Assembly (NCBI GenBank): GCA_002633005.1
Contig: NMRA01000380.1
Coordinates: 370,834-434,833, forward strand
Direction of reading: 5' to 3'
DNA: 64,000 nt
Origin: Phoronis australis
Lineage: Eukaryota > Animalia > Phoronida
Shown here: positions 26,901 to 41,900 of the stretch, one piece after another
Position numbering within the stretch: the first letter of the stretch is position 1
Layout: the number at the start of each line of letters is the position of its first letter
The notes under the pieces: model-generated
Seen by the model: the letters and a program-made list of their open reading frames with translations, nothing else
Database searches by the model: none
What the model was told of the DNA's origin: nothing
Translations under genes and position numbers: made by a program

Positions 26901-29900
26901 GTTGGGGCATTTAACAATTCCGGGAATGACTAAGTGTGGGACGATACTCATTCTTAGGAATTCAGTTATTTTCGGAAGAACTGATTATTTTTATTCGATT
27001 CTTGTTTGTCAAATTAATTCATTTTTCTCAAGTATAAGTAGTTGCCTTACTACTCGCACCTATTATAGCTACAAAATTGTTAACTAATCATGATAATATG
27101 AGTCCAACTAATGAAAGATCCTAAGGCTGCTTATTTGTTCAATATCCCATAATACAAAAAATACAAATAAGCTGTAACTTCAGTGAGAAAATTGGACATA
27201 AATCAAATCCTTATCAAAATCGATTTAATGTCAATTCGATCAATTGTTGCACCATTAGCAATGACCTATAGGGGTAAACTATCCTAGCCACCTCGTGAAC
27301 ACAGTCAAAAAATCAGTTTTAATACAAAGTATGTATTTTTTGCCAAATTGCATTTTGGTCCCCGCAACTGATCTTCTCCATTTACGGAATTATTAGACAA
27401 GAACATTTAAATGGCACTAAGTTTTAAGTATGAAAACTGAAAAAAGTAAAATCTTCATTAAGGGTAATGTCGGACCTCATAAACAAGACTATTTAGCCAA
27501 GTGTCGAAAAAACTCAGCATTAAAATATATTTCCTGTAGAATTGATCTCTGACTTTTAAATCTCATTGATTGGATCACATGACCACGTCTTTTGGTAAAA
27601 TTTAGCACAAAAGAAAGGTTAATTGAGAGCCAACAACAGTGCTGTCAATCATATAAATGCTACAGTTTTCTAAATCACCATTTTTTTTGTTCTATGCAAC
27701 TTTCGAATTTTTTCAAGAAAATTAGTCCCATTTTTGATAGCCACTAGTGTAAAACAACGTGAAGCATTTTAAAAACCATTCTTAACAACGTTTTGGAAAA
27801 CAGTGGATAAAACAGTTCTGAACCTGAAAGTTTCATACGTATAAATTGGGAGTTTCTAAGATATGATGTTCTGATGTTGGCCAAATTTGGAGTGTTTTCT
27901 AGGGTCCTATACAATCTTAACCTGACTGAGAACAATAAACTAAGCTGTTGGAAATACAGAGGACAATACAAAGCTACTTCTACGTTTATCAGAGTTGTTG
28001 AATACAACGGTAAAAAAGGATAATGTAAAATCTCACCAATGTCGGACAAAATAATTGCCAAAATTGACGGTTTTTAATTTTTGACGGCTTCTAACGTTCT
28101 TGGGAAAGCCCAGAATGTCTCAAAACATTGTCAGATGGTAGCTATTGTATAGAACTTATGAATGCTCAAGTTTTCATTTCATGCAACTTATTTACGAAAA
28201 ATATAAAAAATAGTTAAAGTTTCACGTGTCTGCCATATTGTGTCCTAAATTGGTGAGAGTTTATCGTAAGCAAAACAACTTTCAGTTCCACATTTTATAC
28301 TCCAAGGACTCTAAACTAAGAACCCAACACAAAAAAATTATGACAAATGGTGACAACAACAGCATCCTGTTCAGAAACAATAATACTGGGGGGTGGGCGG
28401 GTGCTTTCAAAATTATATTTATTCTCCTAAGCAGTTCACTTTATCTAAAGCCAAGTCTTTGAAACATGACTACAGTGTGCATCTATATCCTTCACTCTTC
28501 CTGACAGCTCACCTTATCAGAAGACAAGTTGCAGAGAAGGGCATAGTAAAACTTGGAGCGATCCCGTATCTCAACATCCTGGAACTTGGTGAACATGGCA
28601 AATAATAGGCTCCCTAAAGCTGCAAAAATAAACAAATAACTAAGTCAATAAGCCCCGCTCAAGATGAATACCTTGCACCTTATAAACAATAACATCCCTG
28701 GGCACGGTGGCTGTGTATGACGTCAACTCCCCGAGACATCCTGTCTGCTGTAGTGAAAGAAACACTGATACTGTTTAAGTGCTGATTTGATGATTTACGT
28801 ACTAGCATTGCATTTGGCTGGGCACACTCCAGAAACAATAACTAAAAGATTACAGTCAACACAGAACAATGATGTGACTTTTTGGCCAGCAATTAATCAT
28901 TTTAACTGGAACACTATGAGGCTTCAGCTGCAAATCTTCACAAACTCGTCAAAGACTCCGGCCTTCTTCAAAATGACTACCTGCTCATTTAAGACATCTG
29001 TGCGGTGTTAATAGTGTTAACGATAAAGCAGCACAGTAAAATCCGACCTACTGTAATCTTATAACTATTTTAGCTCACAATATGGTTGACGAGTGAAATC
29101 TAATTTCTTGCCAAAATTTTCAAAAAATAGGCGTGGTTTATTGTATGCTATGTAGACCTCATAAAAGAATGTTTACAAAGTCTCCATTTTTTTGTATTCG
29201 GTAACCAGCCTTTGAAAAATGGAAAATGGCAATTTTGACAATTATTTCATGTGAAATAGGTGTAGAATTATTGCATTTACTGCGGCATTGTACGGAGTAT
29301 TAGGGCAAAGTACTGTTTAACTACAACAAATGAAACAGTAAATCAAGCACATATCGGTTTGTTTCTAAAATAAGACTTCCATATCATAACCAGTAAAAAC
29401 TGACATCAATAGTAGGCCTACAATGGACTGGTGTAGAATAACATCATCACTATGATTAGTGGAAGTTGCTCTAGGGTAGGTTGTGTGTGGACAGGACTTA
29501 TGGTACTATTCTATTGATTGGTATACCGTACTCGTCCGGGTTACCGCCCGCACCCCAAATTTCCAAAGTTTCACTTTTAAACGCTCATGCTTCCCTCAGT
29601 TAACGCTCAATTTGTACGATCGACACGTCCTTGAAACTTGAAAGCACTAGTGTCTTTGTGAATGCCCATCTCGCGCAAATTTTAGCTAAAAAAAACATGC
29701 CATCACTCCATTTTGGATGTTAAGCCCATTGCTACATTGACTACATTCCGCCGATGTGAAGTCAGGCGTAATTGTAGCTCAATGGGCGTTAACCCAATGG
29801 ACCGTTCGGGTAAGTGCCCACCACTGACTTCTCAAAAGCCCATGCTGGACTTAACGCCCCGGCACTCCCTAGTTTTGAGTTGCCCAATTTAAGTGCTCTG

Positions 29901-32900
29901 GGTGTTAATCCAGATGAGTATACAGTATCATAAAGCTGCCCCATAGGAAGTAGTGTTGGTACCTTCAGAAACTACTTTACCCTGTCCAGCTAAGCTGAGC
30001 ACAGTCTAACAATGGTTTATAGTATTCTGGTGTTGGGCACGTGACAAACCATAGGATAATGAGGTGTGTGTATACCATGGTTTGAAACCTACACTAGTGA
30101 GCGTGGAATGAATTAAAGAATAAAATGAAAGGCAAGAAGGTGAAGCTCTCTAATTTCAGTTAATGCTTACGAGGGATATTCTACCGTCGACGCAGAAGGC
30201 ATGTTATATGACGTTTATCTAACTAATGAAGAAATATAAAAAAATGAAGACCATTTAAGATAACTTTTCTGACTGTAATATTCATGTATTTTACAAACAG
30301 GCAAATTCAACTGCGAATTATTTTGTTCATGGTACAATTGAATGCATGGGAGATTAGTCTCAATCAAGAGCAGTTTTGTTCATCATGGAATACTATCGGA
30401 AAATTACAGAGGATAAATTAACCCACTTTTCAGATTTCGCTCTTATGAGCAGCGATGGTTATGCAATACAAGGAAAATCTCGACAAATAGGTATACGAGA
30501 CAATACCGAATGATGAAAGTTCAATTATAACCAAGTCATAACCGAGACTATCCTCAATTTCCTTCTTATCATTCACATGCTGTTTATGTAGGAGTTTCGA
30601 AAATTATTTATTACACACATTTTCAGGACACCTGAGATACTTCACAATATAAGGCATCACAGAAGGTAACAGACAGTGACAAGATAATGTTACCAGCAAA
30701 CTCAATCAAAAGTTGAAAACATTCCCCTCAGCGCCTGGCTCTAATATACCTCCCTGAGTTGCTTTTGAAGTTCACACACAGTCCAAGTGGTAGTGTTTGT
30801 ACTACTAATCCTGTTATAAACATAGCAGCATAACCTCACAAACTCAATTAATATCATTCCAACTGTAATGTATAATTGCCAAGCCTAAAACTGTAATGTT
30901 TAATTGCCAAGCCTAAAACTGTAATGTTTACTTGCCAAGCCTAAAACTGTAATGTTTAATTACATGCTTCAAGAGACAAATCGGTCAATTATCTTCCAAA
31001 CCTGAGGGGACATCCCAACTGGGGTTGGTAATTAGCTCTCACAGCAAATATCTTGGATGGATGTTTTGTCTTTTTCTGTAATAAGGTGATTGGGGGGTAG
31101 GGTGTTGCATTGGTGGTAGAATCAGACAAGGGGTGTTCAGTTTCCCCTCTTTTTGTTAGTTTTAAGCATGCGAATTACACATAAAAATGTGTTTAATAGT
31201 TTTTCTGTGTGTTTGTTTATAAAAAGTCCCCAGAAAGTCTGAAGGAAGAATGTGAGATCAATTATTATGATGGATATTTATTTATTCAAGACTAAGACAG
31301 CCAGGCTTAATGATTGTTTTCATTTTGGGACTGTAGGAGAAAACCAATAAACAATATGTGGGCTGACTTGCAGGTTGGAACTTAGTGTGTATTGAGACAT
31401 GTTTAAAACGCATTAAAGGTGATATCTGCTATGGTTTTTTCACAAAACCATTTCTGTAATAGAACAGAAATAGTATCAACACAGATAACATTGTGAATAC
31501 CGATAAGACATGAAGTATGTGAATCTAGTTTGCAAAGAGATCAGATGTTCTCTTTGGGGTGTGAAAATGTTCCACTCTTCAGAGTACACTTTTGAGTCGA
31601 GTTCACTGCTGTCAAAATAATTCTAAAAGTGACTTTTTTCAACAAGAAAAATCTAGAATTATTTAGAACTAAAATTTCTACTCACTTCTGCCAAACTTTG
31701 CACTGGAAACTATTGCACAGAGAATAAATTAATGTTTTAGAGCATACCAGTTTGATACCAGCAGTTTCAGGTAACTTAAGTAGTGTTCGCATGTGAAATT
31801 TGGTAAAATAAATCCCAGTATTTTTTCAGGTAAATTTTTACTAAGAAGATTTTTTGCATTGTGACTCAGATTTGCTGGCATTCAGAGTTCCATAGAATTT
31901 GTATTAAAATTTATTCAGTGATCATGGTTTGTTAACTCAATTAAAATTCCAAGTCAGACTGTTCTTGACCAATGGCAGCATAATTCTTCCAATTTATTCA
32001 ATTAGCAAACGGATCTCGCTCATGGCACAGTCCTCGCAGATCTCTGACAAGGCAATGTTCATGGTCTGCCAACTGAGGCTACAGAACTTACTGGGATTCT
32101 CCATTACAAGGGGACACGACAAATTATAGAAAATAACTCTTGTCAAGATTCCTGCGAAATTTCTAGGATACTGATTTACACAGGAATGCCGCTTTGACAT
32201 CCTCTGCAACATTCAAATGAATTGTCTAAAAACAGACTGGCAGACATTTGCTAGCTCAACCAACATTTATGCATGCATTGTCAACATTCCCCATAAACAT
32301 GGATTGATGACTACACACACAGCTAATTATATCACAGCAGTCAACCAGTCACCAACGGCAACTGAAATCCCCCATAGGGAACCTCACAACTAAACCTCAT
32401 CACAGACCTAACAGGCTAACTTTTGATACTTGCTTAGCATAAGGATGCCTGGGGATAACTGCTGGCTTCGTTCATAATTTGAAGAAAAATAGTTGCATTA
32501 CTACTGGACAATGAAGACTTCTACGCGGCGGTGTATCGTGGGAATAGTGGCAACTTTAATTCTCGCCGGTTGCATGTTGGTGATGCCTTTATATTTCTTG
32601 TTTGAACACACAGAACAGGAGGATCGTATGGCAGGTAGGTATGGTACGGCATTGTAGAGCTAAGCCGATTAGGTACAGTTATCTTTCACCTATTTCTTAC
32701 CCACAATATGGCAAAAAAGTGAATTTGTCATATTTCTCACATAATCATGATTTTTTTCTTTTTTAGTAGGGTTTATAGCAATTGGCATAAATCCAACTTT
32801 TGATTACCTGTAGCAAGGTAAACTGAGCTTTGGAAAATTGATCATTCTGGAAATAATTTTTGTGCAAAGCAACAGAGGGTTTACAGCAGTAATTATCCGG

Positions 32901-35900
32901 GGCAAGTGTACAGGGAGAACAGAGGGACTCTGTCCCTTCCTCTGTGACTCTGAAAACTTGTATGCACCATGTACAACAGCCAGAGCATCACAGACAATAC
33001 AGTTGCAACTACAATATTTTCTTATGGAAAGGCTACAAGGCACCACTCTCTTCCAGTGCACAACTCAGCTTCCAATAAGTGAGTAGACGAGGTACTTGCC
33101 GGAAGTAAAATGCGCATAACAACAGGCACCGCTAGTGAATGGTGATGTCGCTGCTTGCACGCAAGGTCAGAGATTTTGTGCATTGAGAATATACAAAGTT
33201 GGTGGTCCATGTACCATAGAATACCCTTGGATTTAATAACTTTATCTAAAATCCTATCAGCCAATAACAGACAGGACAGTTGTTTCCTCTTGTTGCTGAC
33301 CTCACCTTCACTCCATATATGGTGATGCCAAAATCCGCCACTTACAAAGTTCAGAGTCATGCAATCCTCTGAACAATATGCATCCAAAATTTGACAGGAT
33401 TTCTGAACCTCTGTCTGATTTACAAGAAATTCAGGATATAATCGTATAAATGCAAAAAAGGCATTTCTGCCTAAATTAATTAAAAGTTTGATTGAGCTAG
33501 TTTTGTAATAGTACAAATGTCAGATGAAACTATCGATTCATTCGTTTCTTATACAAATCAACATGATCACAAAAATAATCTTTAACTTATAAAAAATACT
33601 GAACTTAAATTCTGTATTTGTCTCGACAATGAAACCAACCTTGAAGACCAAAATATATTCCAACTATTGGTGGAGTATTTCATTCATTCCAACAAATAAC
33701 ATGCAACTACATTTATTAGTTAACTTCTACAATAGTTGTTATTGATAAAAATATATCTTTTTTACAAACAACACTAAAATCAAAATTTTCCCTTATGAAC
33801 TATCACACTATCTGGTGACAAATTCTTTATGGAAACTTTTGCCTCACATGTGAATAATTAAGTACATCATTTTTCCCAGTTAATGACAAGAGTACAAGTT
33901 ACAAAGTACTATACAGAACAGCAATTATCTCCCCCGCCCGTCACTCTCAAACAGGTATCACATAAATACACATCCTACTCTGTAAAACACACCTGACAGG
34001 AGCATGTTACAGGCATCAGTTTAGCGCCACACAAATATGGCAGCTTATTTTTATCACTGTGTGGAATGTAGTTGGTGCATAGCATGTAGCATTATTCCAT
34101 AAACAGAAGGTCAGAGGTTTCATATTAAGAAGGGAATTCAATTTATGGTACAATATCATCAACTTATGACATGATATGTTAGACACGTGACTTATTTTTT
34201 TCAGTTTTTGGTCATTAAAGATAAGTTGCATCGAATAAATGCTTATCATTTTAAAGTACTCCACATACCTGCCAACAGACAATGTTTTGAGAAATTGTGG
34301 GAATCCACAACAAAGTCAAAAACCTATAAAAAATGAAAAAAGATCAATTTTGTCAATTGTTTTTGTCTGAAACTGGTGATATTTTGCCATGCCAAGGCAA
34401 TTAACTGTAAAAAAGTCGGTCTGTGTTCAGTCCCTAAATTGAGTTACAAGCATGTCCTTTGATCAATACTGCTTGCAGTTGACTGTGTATGTATTAGGTT
34501 ATCCAGCATCTCGCACTAATAACTTTACTATGCTATCCACTGAAAACGATAGCAGCCTATGAAGGTTATTCATTTAATTGGGTGATTTTTAATAAAAGCA
34601 AGATATTTGTTGCATCCTTGATAGAGGTTTACAGCAAAAAATATTTTAATCACGTCCTTATCTTTGATTTGAGGCTATTCGAAAATAGCAGTATTGTCAA
34701 TCCTATGAGAGTTAAAACAAGTTTGCATACAACTAAGTTGTAAGTTGTAAGTATGCTGGTAGTGAACATTAACAAGAATTGAAGTGTTCCAGACGACCCA
34801 CGACCCACGACCCACCCAGGCTGGAAATGCTAAGTGAAAAGTCAACAACTTGTGATTGTTAAGAAAACAATTGACAAAAGGCATGTCGTTGGCGGATTGT
34901 TCAAAACGAATGCACTCAATCTGGTGATAACACCAAGTGATTGGCTTCACTCTGAGTCTTGGTTCACGCCAAAGGCAAATTAAATAGAATCGGGATAAAA
35001 ATAAAGTAAACACACATACAAAAAGGAACGGTGCTTAAAATACCAAAAACACTTTGTACACTCAAGTTTTAATATCTTTGTCTGTTTTTTTTAGAATGAG
35101 AGGTCTATGGGGTCATCCTTTGCTATCAAGACCAATGCTTTTAACTAAACAAAACAAAACAATAACACAACAGCCTCTATATGCTAAAAATTTTATGTTA
35201 TGATTTTTATGCAAAATTCATTGACCACTTTACTCATAGTCCAGTGTCCGATTACATAAACAGTTCCAAATAGGGACTAGACTAAGTTCCCTGAATCTTT
35301 TGCGTATTTGGTTTGTTTTCTACTCACAAATGTGTTATTGTTTCAATCATTTTATCTTTATTATGAGCTCTTCTTTGACTAATGACATTTCCCAATAATA
35401 TAACTAACAAGAGCAACGTGTAGCCCACGAATGCATCGCAAATGGTGTGCTCTTAGGGTTATTTACATGGATTTGTATCATAAAAATGGCCACTAGATGG
35501 CGCAAAAACGTACAAACCATTCAAAAACGGGAACATGCCATATTTCATAAAAATGTGTCAAGGAATTTCAGAGAAACAAAGGAAAACAGATTAAAATGAA
35601 ATTGCCACTTGTGGGTACAGCGTCCGTTGGATCCGCCTGAACGTCGTCTGTTGTTATCTTCATATAAATACTCTTACTAAATTTAATAAAGATCCTGCAG
35701 TGGATTTAGAAGATATAGCTATAGGGCCAAAACAAAACAAAGCTACCACTAGGAGGTGCCACAGTAGTCAGTCGCCAACCATCAAATGTCCTCTTCACGC
35801 TGAAAACATATACGCCAATTTTCAAATCCATCCCTAGAATGATTTGGTTGATAGAGGGGTGGACACCAAAAACAAGATTTGAAAACAGCAAAAATAGCCA

Positions 35901-38900
35901 CCAGGTGGCGCAAAATACCTAGATTCCATCCAAAAACAGGAGGATAGCGTCATCTCATCAATAGATGTCTATATTCAAAACTTTATGAAAATCTGTTGAG
36001 AAGATACAGACTGGTAAACATAAAAAACTAAAATTGCCACTAGGGGGCACACCAGTAGCAGATTTGTGCGAAAGTCGTCATCGTCCGTTGTCAACATCAT
36101 ATAAATACACTTGCTAAATAAATTAGTAAAGATTCTGCAAACGGTTTAGGAGATAGTCATGAGCGCAAAAAAAAACAAAACTGTCAGTAGGAGGCGCCAC
36201 AGTAGTCAAAAGTTGTAGGAAAATCATCGTCAGCCGTGCTCTTCATAGTAAAAACATACATGCCAATTTTCCCAATTATCCTGAAAGCGGCTTCGTTGAT
36301 AGATGAGTGGACGCCAAAAAACAGTAAAAATGGCCACTAGGTGGTGCAAACTAGGTCGAATTCATCTGAAAATGGAGAGATAGCGTAACCTCATTAATAG
36401 ACGCCTGTATGCCAAATTTTATGAAAATACGTTGAGGACCTTTGAACAGAGGTAATCGTAAAAATAATAAAATTGCCACTAGGTGGCACACCAGTAGTCA
36501 GGTCTGTCCCAGAGTCGTCATCCTCCATCACTAACATCATATAAATACACTTACTCAATTTAGTAAAGATCCTGCAAACGGTTTAGGACATACAGCCATA
36601 GGCGCAAAAAAACAAAACTGTCACTAGGAGGCGCCACAGTAGTCAAAGTCATCGGAAAATCATCGTCAGCCGTCCACTTCATAGTAACATACATGCCAAT
36701 TTTCACAATCATCCTTTGAGCGGTTTGGTTGATAGAGGGGTGGACAACAAGAAGCGGACTCGAAAACAGTAACAATGGCCACTAGGTGGTGCAAACTACG
36801 TCGAATCCATCTGAAAACGAGAGGATAGCGCCATCTTACTAATAGGTACCTATATACCAAGTTTTATGACAATCCGTTGGGGACTTTTGACGATACAGAG
36901 GTAAACGTTAAGAACTAAAATTGCCACTAGGAAACACACAAGTAGTCAGATCCATCCAAAAGTTCACTCATGCCGTGGGCGCATAAAAACTGAGCCAGTA
37001 ATTCAATCAAAATAATTAGGGACTTAATCCTAAAATTAGGGGCGTTGCACGAAAAGGTCCCTTAGCTACTTATTTCCAATGATATCCAACATAGTGTTCA
37101 CTTTTAATTTGTATCAACGCATAACATCGACTTAGTAATGAGACTCAAACAGCATAAGAAAGGACAATCGGTGTTTTCACAAGTCCACAAATAGGCAGTA
37201 GATTTAGGGAACATAGTCGAGTCCCTATTTGGGACTGTTTCATGCAACCGGACACAGGAGTCTGTTCCATGAGAAGTGACTTAAGACTTAAGTCAAACAT
37301 TTTATCACGTTCCCACTTCACACTAGTTGCAGAGTTTATCCCTGCAGTTCCTAGCGCATCACAACCTTGAAATAATTAACATAATTTACCTCTAGTCAGT
37401 ACTTAGCTGTTATGCATATATTCTCAGACTTTTTAATTTTGCTGAAGTGAGATTTAATTATTTTTCAAAAGTAGTTGTGTGGAGCGGAAGAACAAGTTTC
37501 CGACTTGATTCCTAAGTCGCTTTTCACAAAACAGGCCCATGACATCGTATGCCAAATGGTGTGTAAGAAATTGTCTCACCGCAACACGCGGAATACACGA
37601 TAAATCCAGTCAAAAAGTGATGAGAGGGTTTCCCATCATTCCTTACAGTGGAGAGCGGCCATAGGCATCACTTTTATTTGACTAGTAAAACATTCTATGG
37701 AATGAACATTCATTGATGTCTTTAATTGAATAATTTCAGAAACAACAACAACAACCACAGAGAGCAAGACATTTAAATCTTCTACAGAAAACAAGATGGC
37801 TGTTAATCAGACAGACGTGTTCACTGTAGTACCACTACCTCACGAATCTTCCTCATCACTGATCAACTTGCTTAAAACGAGCACAGAAACTGGGATAGTG
37901 TATATGACCGCAAACAGTGAGGACAATTCAGAATCACTGACAAGCACTGAAGGAAAACCAACCTCCATTAGCGACAGAACAAGGACAGTGACTGATGATT
38001 TGTGGTTACGACGGCTGATCACCACAACTGAGATCCCGGGCGGTAATTCACCAAACACTGTAGAGTCAACAGTTATGGTCACAAACTAACGCCGATGATA
38101 TCCAAACTCCTTCAGTTAACATCAGCACGGAGGTCATATCATTACATTAAGACTACGTCCATAAGACTCCAAGATCATGCCTGTAATTGGCACTTTTTGA
38201 GTCAACCTTGTGAACGTGAAGGAGATTTGTTGGGGTTGTAACTTAAGACAAAATTGTTGGCAACAGATAATGAATTAAAAAGTAAAATGAAACTCCAAAC
38301 TTTAACATAAGAAATGTGTCCAACTGTGTAGCAGCTTTGGAGCAGGAAACAGTCGTTAACTTATTTGAGATGCATGTATTCATTTTTTCGCAAACCTCCC
38401 AAGCTGTAATAAAAGCACACACAAAATCTGGAATGAGATTTGGGGGGCCTAAGTTTGAGATAAAGAAAACTAACGTGTTATTGATCAAAACATATCAATC
38501 AAGTCAGTAAATTTTGTGACATAATATTTTTGTAATCAAAAGACCTGCGTCACACATGTTTACATTAGTTACAAGAGCAGTCTGTTTCAGAGAATGGATT
38601 CGAGTTTAACAGCAAGTCACAGATTGTCACACCTGAAAAACTTCCAACTCGCATTTGTTAATAAAGCATGGTTACAAGTTTTGTTTTTATTAATACATTT
38701 ATCAACCCAGATATCGTATTATTAATGATTAGTGGATATGGCTGGGGTTGGGTGGCCCCAGCTACATACCCTTACGACAAAAAACGATACATTATACACA
38801 ACAAATATGTATTTTCAAAACAACTCATGGTGATTGAACGGATAATCAGCATGAGATTATTATAAAAGGTGGAGAAAAAGGGGGAGGGGGAATGACCTTA

Positions 38901-41900
38901 ATACACTCGTTCACACTCATATTTACTCACAGTCATGGTTCCAAGTGATCGGTTCAATTGGGGCCATCTGAGCGGCCTGCGCACATGTGGTGCACAACAT
39001 GTACCAAACCGCCTGCAATTACTTGTTTTTAAATGTAAACATTTCAGTGATTAGGAGAGTATTGTTCAGTGGGAACATTTTTAAAATTTGGTCTTGGATC
39101 GAAGTTAACAGTTTACTTGGCAACAAACAAACGGATTTCAAATGAGTGAAGAGTCAACACATCACTTCAGAAGTATCACTCCACTTCCGTGACAATCAAA
39201 ACTATCGGCAGGGGTCACTGCTGTGACATTGTTACGACATATTACGCCACCTTGTGATAATTTCGATGACGAAACCGTCACCCAGCCATAACTTCAAAGT
39301 CTGTTCATAACCCAAGCTACTGGGAACATTCAAGTTAGTTTGGCAGTTGTCGGAGTGCCAATATCGGATTTCACTGGATGGGAAAAGGCTCTCAAACTCG
39401 CGATATATTTGTTAATCCTTAAAAGAACAAAAAAGCTGACAAGAGGCATAACAAAGATAAATAAAATGACAGATATGTCATTAACACTGATGAGAAATGA
39501 CCAGTCCCAAAATTTAGTGGTCATTTTCATTGATATGTCTCTTGGCGATCTACTCAAATGCTTTTCTTTGGAGGATTGAGAAATATACCGAAAGTTTGAG
39601 AGATTTTCCGTCAAAAATAGTGAACAGACACTTTGAGTGTTTAACCAAATTCGTTGACATTTTACTGAATTTATGCAGAAAATGTACCTTTGTGAAATGG
39701 CCTGGTGTCCTGGTAGGCCAGGATACTCTTACATATGGCAAGCAGTTCACTTCCTGTCTTCCAGTCACCATGGTAACACAAAACTGTGTCACACAACAGC
39801 TTTTGCAGAAAGTAGATTGTTGCCTAAAGAACACAATAGATGGAACCACCTTCAAGAATTGCACCACAATGACACAAAGGCAACATGCAGTAATTATGAG
39901 TGGCGAGCAATTAAATGTGTTTGGAAGATGCACAAAATGTGAGCCTCAACAACTGTAGTATTCATGATCCACTCAAGCCATGTCAAGGTAAAACATCTCA
40001 TACAAGGCGCAGAAGTAAATAAAAATAAATTTATTTCCATCAGTGAACTTTGAGAACTCACATAGGTTTACTATCAAAATATTCTTGTTACATAAGTTTC
40101 ACTATGAGACAATTTTGACGACTAAGTGAAATTCTATCAATTTTTTGAAACTCAAGATACCATTATCTAACAATGAGTATCCTTTTTGATTGACTTTCTA
40201 AATGTATTTGACAGCATGTGCTTAGGCACATTTTCCAACAGTGTTTCTGTTCTGCCAAAAGCTTCCAAATGATTTAGAGTTATCAAAGTGGATTTTCAAA
40301 AATACAAAGCAGTTAGCGAAGTTGCTTGTTACACAATACAGTAAGTTACTTTCCTACTCTTATGAAAATTACAAAAATTTCTAAATGCTAAAAATCTCGT
40401 TACTATTGTCCAATAAACTATTTGTTTCTTTTTTATAAATTTCTCACCAAAGGATGAATCTTTGGCTCTTGTGAGGCCCTCTCTAGCACGGGGAGGTAAA
40501 AATGTGTAACCTGTACAGCATCACCTGGGGCTGTACTAATAATGTGCTTCACTAATCTCCGCAGCGTCTGTAGAGGTAATGCACTGGAGAACAAAAAATG
40601 CACTCACTCCATTACAAAGATCAAATATGACATCATCAAACTCCGTATATGGCAGTTCTCTACTTTTTGCACTCAAAAATTGTCAATTACACAATTTTAA
40701 TTTTCATAGACTGATTATCCCGCTACTTTAGAGGACTAAAATGTTCTTAATCTTTATTTTTGAGGAGGAAATTGACAAAATAGAATTCCACTTGTCGACC
40801 ATATTGGATGCTAAATGAGAGAACAATTACCATAGTCTCTAATCACTGCCTCAGGTGTTTAGAAAACTCAATCTAACACAGGCATGTAGTTGTTACTGGT
40901 TAAAAATGTGTTTGAAGAATCGATCCACATCCGTTCCAAATTGTAGCCATGATGTCACAAAAGTTGTCTTCATGTGTAGGTTATTTACAGATTACATTAC
41001 ACAGGGACAAGATTTAACACAGCTCCTTAAATTTAGAATGTGACATACAGTACAAGCCCGAAGTAATCAGACGCAATACCATTTTCCCACCACTGAGGCC
41101 AATTCTGTTAGGAAAAATGGCTGGTAATAACTATTACGCGGACTAAATTCTTATTGCAGAATTGCTTAGCCACTTTACTAGCTATCTTGTTACGTCCCCT
41201 TCATACTCAGCCATGAGGGAAGACTGCTGATTATGAATAAGACTTCCACCCAGCCATCAGGATGGGGAATTGTGGTTAATTTTGTCTGAATACTTTTAAC
41301 TTGTACTGTAGTGGATCAGTTAAAATTTCACAGTAAAAATAAATAAGGAATAGCACACAGTTATATGCAATCAGTCAATACATCTGCAATTGTGAACATT
41401 TCACCAATAAATATGGCCTGTGGCCACCAAACCTTATCCTGACATTTAAATTACTCATAATTTTTCTTCAAACTTTACTTCTATGAGTACTGGTAATACT
41501 CAAGAAATGGAGACCCCCAAAACTACTCCAGTTCCCTCAAGGTATATTCAGATTCAAGAACTATTTTCTCGAGTTACTATGGAAATCTTTGGTGCAACAA
41601 AACAAGAAAAATAAAATTTAAGCTCATTTTTAGATGAAGCGCGCCCCACAATCCCGTTAAAAATTTTGTTTGAAGTTTCCAGTAAAAGGAGATGTGAAAA
41701 ACATCACTGTCGTCTGCAAACTTTTCAAATAAGAGTTCAGGGTAGGGTCTTGTTTATCTAATGACTGTAATTTGATTAAATATATTCGCATTGCAGTGTA
41801 TAAGGTGAATGTAAAAATCCTATTATATATTGAGTAATAGAGTTCAAACCATCACCAAATGTTGATATGAACACTCCATGTGCATCACATATTGCAGATA

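Noticed and set aside
35480-36965. CRISPR-like repeat-spacer array
   Set aside because: The spacers are homologous to each other (satellite), the repeats are degenerate, the context is eukaryotic and there are no cas genes.
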